Shown here piece by piece: positions 27,139-35,285 of a stretch of 49,489 bases of DNA; within the stretch, counting starts at the first letter, position 1; every line of letters starts with the position of its first letter. This stretch comes from an uncultured bacterium (GTDB taxonomy: Bacteria; Krumholzibacteriota; Krumholzibacteriia; Krumholzibacteriales; Krumholzibacteriaceae): positions 1 through 49,489 of the forward strand of contig CBDUUV010000003.1 of NCBI GenBank assembly GCA_965370495.1, in the 5' to 3' direction. The notes beneath the pieces were generated by a model, which ran no database searches, had not been told where the DNA came from, and saw nothing but the letters and a program-made list of their open reading frames with translations. A program made the position numbers and the translations under genes.

Positions 27139-29841
27139 CTATTCCGCAATGATCCGGACGATGAAGCCGACACCGTCGACTGTACCATCGCCGCCTGCCA
27201 GTGTGCCGGTCAGAGTCCATCTGACATTGGTCACATTGGCATCGAACCCTGCAGGGGCTCCGCCGCCGCCACTCGCCGGCACGTATGCCCAGGTGGTTCC
27301 ACCATCATTAGAAAACTCGGTCGTGATAGCTGTGATGCCCGTGGCAAAAGTACCGCTGACAGCAGAGCCTACACGGAACTGTGTCCAGGCCGGGATCATG
27401 TCGTAGAGCACGATCGCGTCCAGGGCACCGGTACCTACGTTCGAGTAATCCGTCCTGTATGTAAGCTCGGTTCCCGGAGCCTGGTTACCGGCCGGATTGA
27501 CTGACTTGGCAAGTACAAGGTTACCGGCAACTATCGTCGTAATATCCGTCGCTAAATCGGTAGCACCCGTACCGCTTCCCGTAACAGTTATCGTTCCTGT
27601 CTCGACTGTTCCCATCGCCACTCCACCAGGGATGGAGATCTGGACGATGACATCCTGTGTAGCACCGGCAACAAGCGTAACCGACGCGATCGGATTGTTA
27701 GCAAGATCGAAGAACGTGTAGCTCCACACGTTGGAGCTGACAAAACTGAGAAGGAACGTGTCATCGACATTTCCTGTATTCGTAACAGTGTGCTGATAAC
27801 GAATCGTTCCTCCAGCCGTTCCTGTGCCGGTTCGATCAGGCACTATGGTAACCGATGGCGCGCCATTTACTGTTACCGTATTGGCTATCTCGTCGAACAG
27901 GGCAAGATTGTTTGCTGAAGTAGCCCTGAAAGCGATCGGGTTGACACCCGGGATTTCTCCAGCCGGAATATCGACTCTGGCTATGATATTTACCTCAGTA
28001 CCAGCAGCCAGAGGACCAACATTGGCAATCGGAGTAAGCTCGGGAATATCCAGCACGCCATTTCCGTTTGTATCTTCATAGAATGTGACTGTCCAGCCGG
28101 CAGGGAATGTCGAGGACAGGTTGAAATTGTCGCTCGAACCGCCGGTGTTGATCACGTCGAGTGCGAAATCGACCAAAAGACCGGGATCGACGTTCTGGTT
28201 GATCGCGGCATCGTTGGTTCCGACAGCACCGTCATAGTTACCAATATCTACCGCAGCGGGACTGACAGCCGTGATTTCATCTGTCGTCTGGTTAAACTCG
28301 GCCGGGTTGTTGGCCGAGACAGCATTGATAACAGCATTGTAGGGACCGCCGGCAACTGCTGTTCCGGGGACCAGTACTCTGACTATAAAATCAACGCTTG
28401 TGCCGGGGTTGATCGTGCCGACATCAACAATACCGTCGCCGCCTGAATCCGAAAGAGGTGTTACGCCGTCACTGCGGAATAACTGAACACTCCATCCGCC
28501 CGGGATCGTAGAGGCAGCATCGATCTGGATATTGATCTCATCAGCCGCGTTGCCATCGTTGCGTACAGTATTGATGAAGTCGACTGACGAGTTGGCATAT
28601 GCCATCGCGACAGCCTGAAGATCATCATTATACAACGGCGGCGTACCGGCGCCGGGGGCACCGTTCGGGCCGACGATTACATCCGCGAGGACATTCACAT
28701 TGACCTGCGTGTTGTTCGTTGTGACGATCGTGGGATCCGGCGTCCCGGCATTATTGTCGACAAACGCCACGGCAGCGCTGTTATTGATGATCCCGGCCGG
28801 CATTCCGGTCGGAACCGTGACATCGTATGAGAACGTATAGTTCTGGCCGATTGTCATATCGCCATTTGTAACATATGCGACAGCGATATCACCAGCAGCG
28901 GCCGAGGACGACCATGCCCATGTCTCCGGCGAGCCAGCCGTCGGGCTGCCTGTAGGCAGGTACAGTACCGTTCCACCCGCGGGGGCTCCTGCGGGAGAAC
29001 CCGAAAGGGCCAGCGGATTGCTGGTCGAAGGGTCAATCGGAATAATATCATAGATAAGTACGCCGGTGAGGCCGACGGAAGCGACGGTCACACCATGAGC
29101 ATCATCACTACCGACGTTGGAACCGGTAACCGAATACGTGACCGTATTACCGGGATCTACATTGGCAGGAAGAGCTGACATCGAAGCCGTAAGCGAAGCA
29201 TCGCTGACAACTGTCGTCAGGTGGTAATTGCGCGTATCGACCTGGGCATTGTCGCCGACAGATGTGGCCTGCAGGCCGATATAACCCAGTTCGCCGGCAG
29301 TCGCGGTCGCAGGGACCTGGTACGAGACCAGGAGGTTCACGGTAGTACCTGCGGCTATGAGACCGAGGTTCCCGGGAACACCGCCTGCCGAGACAGCCGG
29401 TTCGCCGCCGTCAAGAACGCCGTTACCGTTAAGATCGTAATAGATCGTAATATTACCGAGACCGAGGACCATCGTTGTGTTCACCGCGTCGAGCAGCGGT
29501 TCGATAGTGAAATCATCGGTGTCGTTACCTGTATTAGTCAGGTTGTAATTAAAGTAAACCGTCTGACCCGGTATGGCTGTCTGGGAAAGAGCCGGGGTGA
29601 CAGGCGGTGTTTCGCCCGAATCATCCGGAATTATCGACACACCGAACACGGGAAGTACAATCGTGGTAACCTCGTTTGAGGTCGCCGTATAAGTATTGCC
29701 GATAGCATCCTGGAACGTGGCCGAAGCCTGGTTCCGGATAACCGTTCCGGCAGGCGTTTGCGCCTGTGCTGTTGCGGATACGAGCAACAACGCAAGCAAC
29801 ATGACAGGAAGAACAAGACCTGTCAGTCTTTTCAGCGTCAT
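27139..29841 (-). CDS. Secreted DUF11 multi-Ig protein; putative major filament subunit
   Basis: AQA signal cleavage; mature N-terminus TPAGTVIRNQA..SNEV; Ca-type loops DLNGNGVLD and DTNGNGVLD; C-terminal LVLAKSV..PGTELTY..N..YDMIP ending FIVRIIAE. Confidence 0.85.
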   Translation of the reverse strand: MTLKRLTGLVLPVMLLALLLVSATAQAQTPAGTVIRNQASATFQDAIGNTYTATSNEVTTIVLPVFGVSIIPDDSGETPPVTPALSQTAIPGQTVYFNYNLTNTGNDTDDFTIEPLLDAVNTTMVLGLGNITIYYDLNGNGVLDGGEPAVSAGGVPGNLGLIAAGTTVNLLVSYQVPATATAGELGYIGLQATSVGDNAQVDTRNYHLTTVVSDASLTASMSALPANVDPGNTVTYSVTGSNVGSDDAHGVTVASVGLTGVLIYDIIPIDPSTSNPLALSGSPAGAPAGGTVLYLPTGSPTAGSPETWAWSSSAAAGDIAVAYVTNGDMTIGQNYTFSYDVTVPTGMPAGIINNSAAVAFVDNNAGTPDPTIVTTNNTQVNVNVLADVIVGPNGAPGAGTPPLYNDDLQAVAMAYANSSVDFINTVRNDGNAADEINIQIDAASTIPGGWSVQLFRSDGVTPLSDSGGDGIVDVGTINPGTSVDFIVRVLVPGTAVAGGPYNAVINAVSANNPAEFNQTTDEITAVSPAAVDIGNYDGAVGTNDAAINQNVDPGLLVDFALDVINTGGSSDNFNLSSTFPAGWTVTFYEDTNGNGVLDIPELTPIANVGPLAAGTEVNIIARVDIPAGEIPGVNPIAFRATSANNLALFDEIANTVTVNGAPSVTIVPDRTGTGTAGGTIRYQHTVTNTGNVDDTFLLSFVSSNVWSYTFFDLANNPIASVTLVAGATQDVIVQISIPGGVAMGTVETGTITVTGSGTGATDLATDITTIVAGNLVLAKSVNPAGNQAPGTELTYRTDYSNVGTGALDAIVLYDMIPAWTQFRVGSAVSGTFATGITAITTEFSNDGGTTWAYVPASGGGGAPAGFDANVTNVRWTLTGTLAGGDGTVDGVGFIVRIIAE

Positions 29842-29938
29842 GGCTGATCACCATCCTTCTGCCCTTATTTGGGGCATTCCACCTGGTTCACTCCCCTTCA
29901 GGGGATAATTAAAATCCGTTTCAAGAAGCCAGACATCC

Positions 29939-30430
29939 CTACCTGACCTTCACGCGATAAGAGACTGCTACTTCCTGCCCGATATCGAGTGTTTCACCCA
30001 TAGCCCATTTGATGTGTGTTATCATTTCAGGAGTGGCAACCTTTTGCTCGCTGCTCCCATCCTTCCTGATAACTTCATATATGACTGGCCACTGGCCGTA
30101 TCTCTTCCCACCATCGATACTGAAAACAGGACTGAGCCCTTTGTTGTCGCTGGCAGTCCTGTCAAGGTAGACCGTACCCGAAGGTACCGGGCCGACAAGG
30201 TCGACGCCTGATGCGGAAACATCACCGGTATTCCGGTACTTCAGCATGTACTCAACCGTATCGCCGGGAAAAACTTTTTCTGCCGGCACGGCGATCTCGC
30301 GATTCTCTTCATTCATGACTATTTTCTGTGCTTCCATCTCACCGGTGAGCACAGGCTCTCCGGCTGAGGCATTAGCAGCAAATACAGCAATGAAGACGAG
30401 GAAGATCGCAGCCGAAAGACTTCTTCTCAT
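29939..30430 (-). CDS. Small secreted single-domain DUF11-like protein; putative chaperone or cap
   Basis: Signal peptide ending ASA; PGDTVEYMLKYRNTG; VGPVPSGTVY; ends YRVKVR; AAGGAGG RBS. Confidence 0.8.
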   Translation of the reverse strand: MRRSLSAAIFLVFIAVFAANASAGEPVLTGEMEAQKIVMNEENREIAVPAEKVFPGDTVEYMLKYRNTGDVSASGVDLVGPVPSGTVYLDRTASDNKGLSPVFSIDGGKRYGQWPVIYEVIRKDGSSEQKVATPEMITHIKWAMGETLDIGQEVAVSYRVKVR

Positions 30431-30575
30431 CTAGCTGTCCTCCTTTTTTATTCCTCCAGTCAAATCGGAGTATCCACGCGGTTAGCTGCAGAACACACAA
30501 CTTGGAGGATCTCTGTATTGGGTCGCAGTCTCCTGCCTGGAAAAACTGCTCAAACTCCTACGGGCGGGCCTGATC

Positions 30576-30590
30576 GCAACTGGCATTCCA
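30576..30590 (-). promoter_or_regulatory. Candidate sigma54 (-24/-12) promoter of the DUF11 operon
   Basis: Minus strand TGGAAT-GCCAG-TTGC has exact GG-N10-GC spacing versus the consensus TGGCAC-N5-TTGC. Confidence 0.6.
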
Positions 30591-30741
30591 ATAAAGGGGA
30601 CTTATGTTACAGGAGGGTGTTCGACGAATGGGACTTTGGGGCTGAAAAACATGGTTTTCCGCGCCTGTACGGGGTTTCCATCTGAAGGTCGAGTCGGAAC
30701 TAAAAGGAAACAATGAGGAATCTCAGGAAACAACAAGGCAT

Positions 30742-30767
30742 AAAAAAAGCCCCCCGAAGGGGACTTT
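30742..30767 (-). terminator. Intrinsic terminator after the YHS lipoprotein gene
   Basis: Minus strand AAAGTCCCC-TTCG-GGGGGCTTT-TTTT (UUCG tetraloop plus U-tract). Confidence 0.85.
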
Positions 30768-30826
30768 AGTCTCATTTCGTACAATCTCTTTTGCAAAATG
30801 CGAAATCCGGATAATGCCGGATCAGC

Positions 30827-31096
30827 TTAATCCTTCTTCAGATACTTCGCAGGATCCTTCACAAAGGCTTCCATGTTCTTCTTGCTGTTGAAGTTATACT
30901 CGATGCTCTTGTAAACGAATGAATATTTTGAATTGATTACATCAACGGGCTCTTTATCCACCGGATCGATCAATGACCCGCCGCTGACCCTTTCGTCACT
31001 CTGCTGGAGATCTTTCTCCCGTTCCGCTGGTTTGTTCTGGCAGCCGATCGAAGCGATCAGCATTACCGCCATTAATACCAACAACAGCTTTTTCAT
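30827..31096 (-). CDS. Small lipoprotein with YHS-like domain
   Basis: ATG at 31096 after GGAGG; lipobox SIGC; DPVD..YKSIEYNFNS..FVKDPAKY. Confidence 0.75.
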   Translation of the reverse strand: MKKLLLVLMAVMLIASIGCQNKPAEREKDLQQSDERVSGGSLIDPVDKEPVDVINSKYSFVYKSIEYNFNSKKNMEAFVKDPAKYLKKD

Positions 31097-31355
31097 TTCT
31101 CTACCTCCATATTGAACCCTCTTCACGCATGCCGCTCGCCTTTTTCAGGCTTAACAGCGCTTTGTTTCCAGCCTTACAAGCCACGCCGTTTACGCTGTGC
31201 GAAGATAACAGATTTGCCTTCAGGGGTCAAGTGCCGTCAGAACGCAATCCGGTTTCCCTGCCGATATCATCCGGATCAGGTTTTATTAATATTTTGAAAA
31301 TCCTGCCGAATGGTATAGTATGCTGGTATACAGAATCTCGAAATAACGAGCCGAT

Positions 31356-32528
31356 GTGGCTATCGAACTCAAGGAGAGAAAACCCGTGGCTGAAAAAAAA
31401 TCATACAAAGGGAAAATGATCGACCCAAAGAAGATCAAGCGGATCGCTGTACTGACAGGTGGTGGAGATTGCCCTGGACTTAACGCAGTGATCAAGGGGA
31501 TTGTCCGTTCGGCCAGGTCCGAGTATGGATGGGAAATTCTCGGGATCAATGATGGGTTTGACGGGCTCCTGGAATCCAGGGGGGAACTCCTCCGTTCCAG
31601 AGACATGTCGGGACTGCAGCTCAAAGGCGGAACGATCCTCGGAACATCCAACAGGGGCAATCCTCTCAGATATCCCATGAAGGAAAACGGAAAACCGATC
31701 TTCAAGGATGTTACCGACGAAATCGTAATCAACATCAAGAAGATGAAAATCGACGTTCTTATAGCCGTGGGCGGTGACGGAACTATGAAGATCACACAGG
31801 CCCTTTACGAAAAAGGCGTCCCTGTTGTCGGTGTACCGAAAACAATTGATAACGATCTCGGTGTAACAGACGTCACATTCGGATTCAACAGCGCCGTGGC
31901 TTGTGCTACCAACGCTCTCGACAGGCTTCACACTACAGCGGAAAGCCACCACAGAGCCCTCGTCCTCGAGGTAATGGGTAGAGACAGCGGATGGATCGCG
32001 CTCGAAGCTGGAATAGCAGGCGGTGCCGATGTCATACTCATGCCGGAAATACCATTTGATATGAATGCTGTCTGCGAACACATTATCCAGCGAAAAAAGA
32101 GGGGCAAGAAATTCAGTATCGTAATCGTTGCCGAAGGCGCCTTCCCCGGTGGCGGAAGGAAAGTGTATGAAAAAGAGCCGGGAGCTGACGGAACGCCAGG
32201 GCGCCTTGGAGGGATCGGCCGTTGGGTCGCAGAAAAGATCGAACTCATTGCCCGCATGGAAACCCGGATCACCGTGCTCGGACATATCCAGCGCGGTGGC
32301 ACACCAACCACTTACGATCGCATCCTTGCAACAAGGTTCGGAGTGGAAGCAGCCCACCTCGTCGGTGAAGGAAAATACGGAAAGATGGTATGTCTCCGCG
32401 GGCGTCAGATCAAATCAGCTAATATCAAGTCTGCCATCAAAAAGCTGAAGAATGTAGACCCGGAGGGACAGATGGTCAGAACAGCGGAATCACTGGGAGC
32501 TTCGGTGGGAAGATCGTGTAATTCCTGA
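31356..32528 (+). CDS. pfkA: 6-phosphofructokinase (PfkA family; GGDG plus PKTIDND, likely ATP-dependent)
   Basis: TGGGDCPGLNA, GGTILGTSNR, GGDGT, PKTIDND, EVMGR, LGHIQRGG. Exact start codon uncertain. Confidence 0.95.
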   Translation: MAIELKERKPVAEKKSYKGKMIDPKKIKRIAVLTGGGDCPGLNAVIKGIVRSARSEYGWEILGINDGFDGLLESRGELLRSRDMSGLQLKGGTILGTSNRGNPLRYPMKENGKPIFKDVTDEIVINIKKMKIDVLIAVGGDGTMKITQALYEKGVPVVGVPKTIDNDLGVTDVTFGFNSAVACATNALDRLHTTAESHHRALVLEVMGRDSGWIALEAGIAGGADVILMPEIPFDMNAVCEHIIQRKKRGKKFSIVIVAEGAFPGGGRKVYEKEPGADGTPGRLGGIGRWVAEKIELIARMETRITVLGHIQRGGTPTTYDRILATRFGVEAAHLVGEGKYGKMVCLRGRQIKSANIKSAIKKLKNVDPEGQMVRTAESLGASVGRSCNS

Positions 32529-32536
32529 AAACATGC

Positions 32537-33031
32537 CTAGAAAAGGATTCTTACACCAATTCCAGCATTCATGTCGAATTCTGTTTCGGGAATAATATCG
32601 AAGATCGGGGCCAGTTCAAAAAAGAAGCCTACCGGGAACTCCTCGTGATAATACTCCGCTCCAATGACAAACCTTGCGCCTATCCTCGTGTCGTTTTCCA
32701 GTCGTACACGTCCTCCGAATCCGAAATAAAGCGGCATCCGGTCATTGTCGATTTCGAAGAAACCGAAGTTATGAAACAGGTAATCGGCATGGATGTTGAG
32801 ATACCCCTCCCGTTTGAATGACCAGGCCAGGCCGATATCGAATGCTGTATTCCAGTCCGTCCAACTTTTGAAACTCAGGCCCGATGGTTCACCCAAAACC
32901 ACTCCGATTTCGTGGTCTCCCGATCCGAACTGGTGGCTACGAGCAGCCGTGTCCGCGCTCATACCTGAACCTGGAAAAGAAAGAACCATCAATATTACGG
33001 TAAAGACAGCAATGCGGCATCCTGCATTCAT
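32537..33031 (-). CDS. Small outer-membrane beta-barrel (DUF3996-like)
   Basis: ATG at 33031 coupled to the upstream stop (TAATG); signal peptide; GVVLGEPSGLSFK; terminal GIGVRILF. Confidence 0.7.
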   Translation of the reverse strand: MNAGCRIAVFTVILMVLSFPGSGMSADTAARSHQFGSGDHEIGVVLGEPSGLSFKSWTDWNTAFDIGLAWSFKREGYLNIHADYLFHNFGFFEIDNDRMPLYFGFGGRVRLENDTRIGARFVIGAEYYHEEFPVGFFFELAPIFDIIPETEFDMNAGIGVRILF

Positions 33032-33588
33032 TATACGCTCCTCCTGAATGGAAAAATCACAAGCCCGTATGACACCTGCTTGAAGATCATCAGCGCGCCA
33101 AGGAAAAGAAATATATCTTCTGTCAGTTTCTTCCAGGCATAAGTCGCCCCGAATCCACACCCGCAATCGTAGTATATATCCATGAAGGGAGTTCCGTCAC
33201 TGTTCATGATTCCCACGCTCCTGAACGTGATAACCCCGATAAACACCGAGCTCAGAACTAACAGAATAAGCGCGGAACCTCTCATAAAAATCCCTGACAA
33301 AAGCGAGAAGCCGCAGAACAGTTCGATCCATGGCAGGGCGATCGCTGTTGCATAGAGAATCGGGCCCTTACTCAACACCTCGTACATCCTGATCTCATCG
33401 GCAAAAAGAAGCGGTTTGCCGATCTTCTGCATAGCCGCATAAATAAAAACCATCGCCAGAACGATCCTGAGGAGCAGCAGGAACCAGGGATCGTTCACCC
33501 ATCGGCGTAGCCCGGACTGCACGTTGCTGTTACGCTCATCAGAAGCTTTCTCAAACAGATAATCCTTCAGGACATTGCTTTTCATCAT
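33031..33588 (-). CDS. MauE/DoxX family membrane protein
   Basis: LRIVLAMVFIYAAMQKI, ALPWIEL and DCGCGFG motifs; 4 TM segments. Confidence 0.85.
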   Translation of the reverse strand: MMKSNVLKDYLFEKASDERNSNVQSGLRRWVNDPWFLLLLRIVLAMVFIYAAMQKIGKPLLFADEIRMYEVLSKGPILYATAIALPWIELFCGFSLLSGIFMRGSALILLVLSSVFIGVITFRSVGIMNSDGTPFMDIYYDCGCGFGATYAWKKLTEDIFLFLGALMIFKQVSYGLVIFPFRRSV

Positions 33589-33606
33589 GATTTCTCCTGC
33601 CCCGGC

Positions 33607-34104
33607 TTATTCCGTTCCCTTTTCAAACGGAAGACCAGCTTCCTCCCATTCTTCCATACCACCTCTGAAGACCAGTATTTTTTTGTAACCCAATGTAAAT
33701 AATTCCCTGGCAAGCATCTCGGAATCCTCACAAAGCGGACCTGCGCAATAAATCACAAAGGCTTCCTCGAAATCGAGAAGAGGAATCACTTCTTCCATAT
33801 GCCTGCCGAATTCATAGTAATCAAGAAGCACCGCGCCGGGGATGTGCCCTTCTTCGTATTCCACGACAGTCCTCGAATCAATAATGACAGCGCCGGAAAG
33901 AATGACCTCTCTGAAACGTTCCAGGTCCACAAACATCAAGCCATTTGATTCATCGCTTGTCAGATCTTCGACAATAGGTACCTCGGCGATCCTCCTGAAC
34001 GGGTTGATTCCGTTAGCCGAAAAAGCATTATGGATAAATGCAACCGCCATTCCGATCAATACAATCGTTGCTGCCTGAATTATTGAATATTTTATTCTCC
34101 TCAT
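33607..34104 (-). CDS. Membrane-anchored rhodanese-domain protein
   Basis: N-terminal TM helix; IDSR..EYEEGHIPGA; YCAGPLC active loop; GGMEEW. Start could be 34125. Confidence 0.88.
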   Translation of the reverse strand: MRRIKYSIIQAATIVLIGMAVAFIHNAFSANGINPFRRIAEVPIVEDLTSDESNGLMFVDLERFREVILSGAVIIDSRTVVEYEEGHIPGAVLLDYYEFGRHMEEVIPLLDFEEAFVIYCAGPLCEDSEMLARELFTLGYKKILVFRGGMEEWEEAGLPFEKGTE

Positions 34105-34229
34105 GGAAAACAATATAAGGTTCATCGTTGCTTAAATCAACCCGCCAGACATTTGATATTGTTATTTTATACATACCGCGACATGATTCTCGCCGGATTA
34201 TTTGTTGTTGACAGTTGATATGAAGAAGC

Positions 34230-35261
34230 ATGACTCTTGCGGGGTACAAATCATTAAGGAAGGTCCTGTTGAAAAAAACTCTGGAACCCATCGATATACC
34301 CGACCTCGACAGTTTGAGGAATTCACCTTTCTGTTACCGGTACCACCTTCCCGGGGATCAGCCCGGCAATGCTCATGATTTGTCCCTTGTGGATTCTGTA
34401 GACAGGTTCGGCCTGATCGACCCTCCCCTGGTGATTCGGGAAAAGGAGTCGCCGCGGGTCGTCCTCGGCCACAGGCGCCTTGCCGCGGCAACCGTTGCCG
34501 GATTCAAACATGTGGAAGTCATGGTCGTCGATTCGAACCAGAACGGTTCCACCGACACGCGGGTGCCCGCAGATATTCTTTCCATATGGCTCGAGAATAC
34601 CACTGCAGGAGCCGAACTTTCTGACCTGGAGAAGATTATCCTCCTCAGTAAAGCCTCTATCAATTTCGGAGACCATTTTTCAGATGTTCTTTCCGGCCTG
34701 TCCGGAATTTTCGGCCGACGTCTCTCGGAAAATTTTGCGGGACAGCTTGTTGGCCTTCTGCAGGAAGATAACGAGGTGCTCGACGCCCTGCACAAAGGAT
34801 CGATCAGATCGGGCGATCTGCTGCTTCTTTCGTCACATCCTTGTATCGATACGTCCGAAGCGATCCGGCACCTCTCGGGGGGGAAACTCAGCCGCGCTCA
34901 ACAGAAAGAATCGGTAAGGTTGATTGTATACCTTGCCGACCAGGGAAATAAAAAGTGGAAAATATTTTCCGATGAGTTCAGCGGCAAGGGAAGGCCGCTG
35001 CCTGACCTCCTGAGAAAAGCCTGCTACCCGTCACTCAGCAGGGACATGGAAACGCTCGATCGTATAGTGGCTGAGATAGGGCTTCCCTCATGGGCCACCA
35101 TCCAGCTGCCGGAAAATCTCGAGGGGGGCAGCTTCCTTCTGAACATAAGGATAAGGGATGAGGAAAAACTCAGAACTGCTATAGACAAGATCGAAAACTC
35201 TCTTGAAAGTGGCCGGATCGCAAGATTGCTCGATATACTGAAAAATCGGCAATCTGCGTAA
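34230..35261 (+). CDS. ParB N-terminal (ParB/Srx) domain protein
   Basis: SVDRFGLIDPP..VLGHRR motif; LSDLEK helix. Alternative TTG start at 34269 after AAGGAAGG. Confidence 0.7.
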   Translation: MTLAGYKSLRKVLLKKTLEPIDIPDLDSLRNSPFCYRYHLPGDQPGNAHDLSLVDSVDRFGLIDPPLVIREKESPRVVLGHRRLAAATVAGFKHVEVMVVDSNQNGSTDTRVPADILSIWLENTTAGAELSDLEKIILLSKASINFGDHFSDVLSGLSGIFGRRLSENFAGQLVGLLQEDNEVLDALHKGSIRSGDLLLLSSHPCIDTSEAIRHLSGGKLSRAQQKESVRLIVYLADQGNKKWKIFSDEFSGKGRPLPDLLRKACYPSLSRDMETLDRIVAEIGLPSWATIQLPENLEGGSFLLNIRIRDEEKLRTAIDKIENSLESGRIARLLDILKNRQSA

Positions 35262-35285
35262 AGATCATCCCATGCAGCAAGCCTC

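Noticed and set aside
30431-30575. c-di-GMP riboswitch upstream of the DUF11 operon
   Set aside because: Hairpins are present, but no GEMM-type GNRA tetraloop/receptor architecture was recognised.
31401-32357. 318-aa antisense ORF inside pfkA
   Set aside because: Codon-bias shadow ORF with no recognisable domain.
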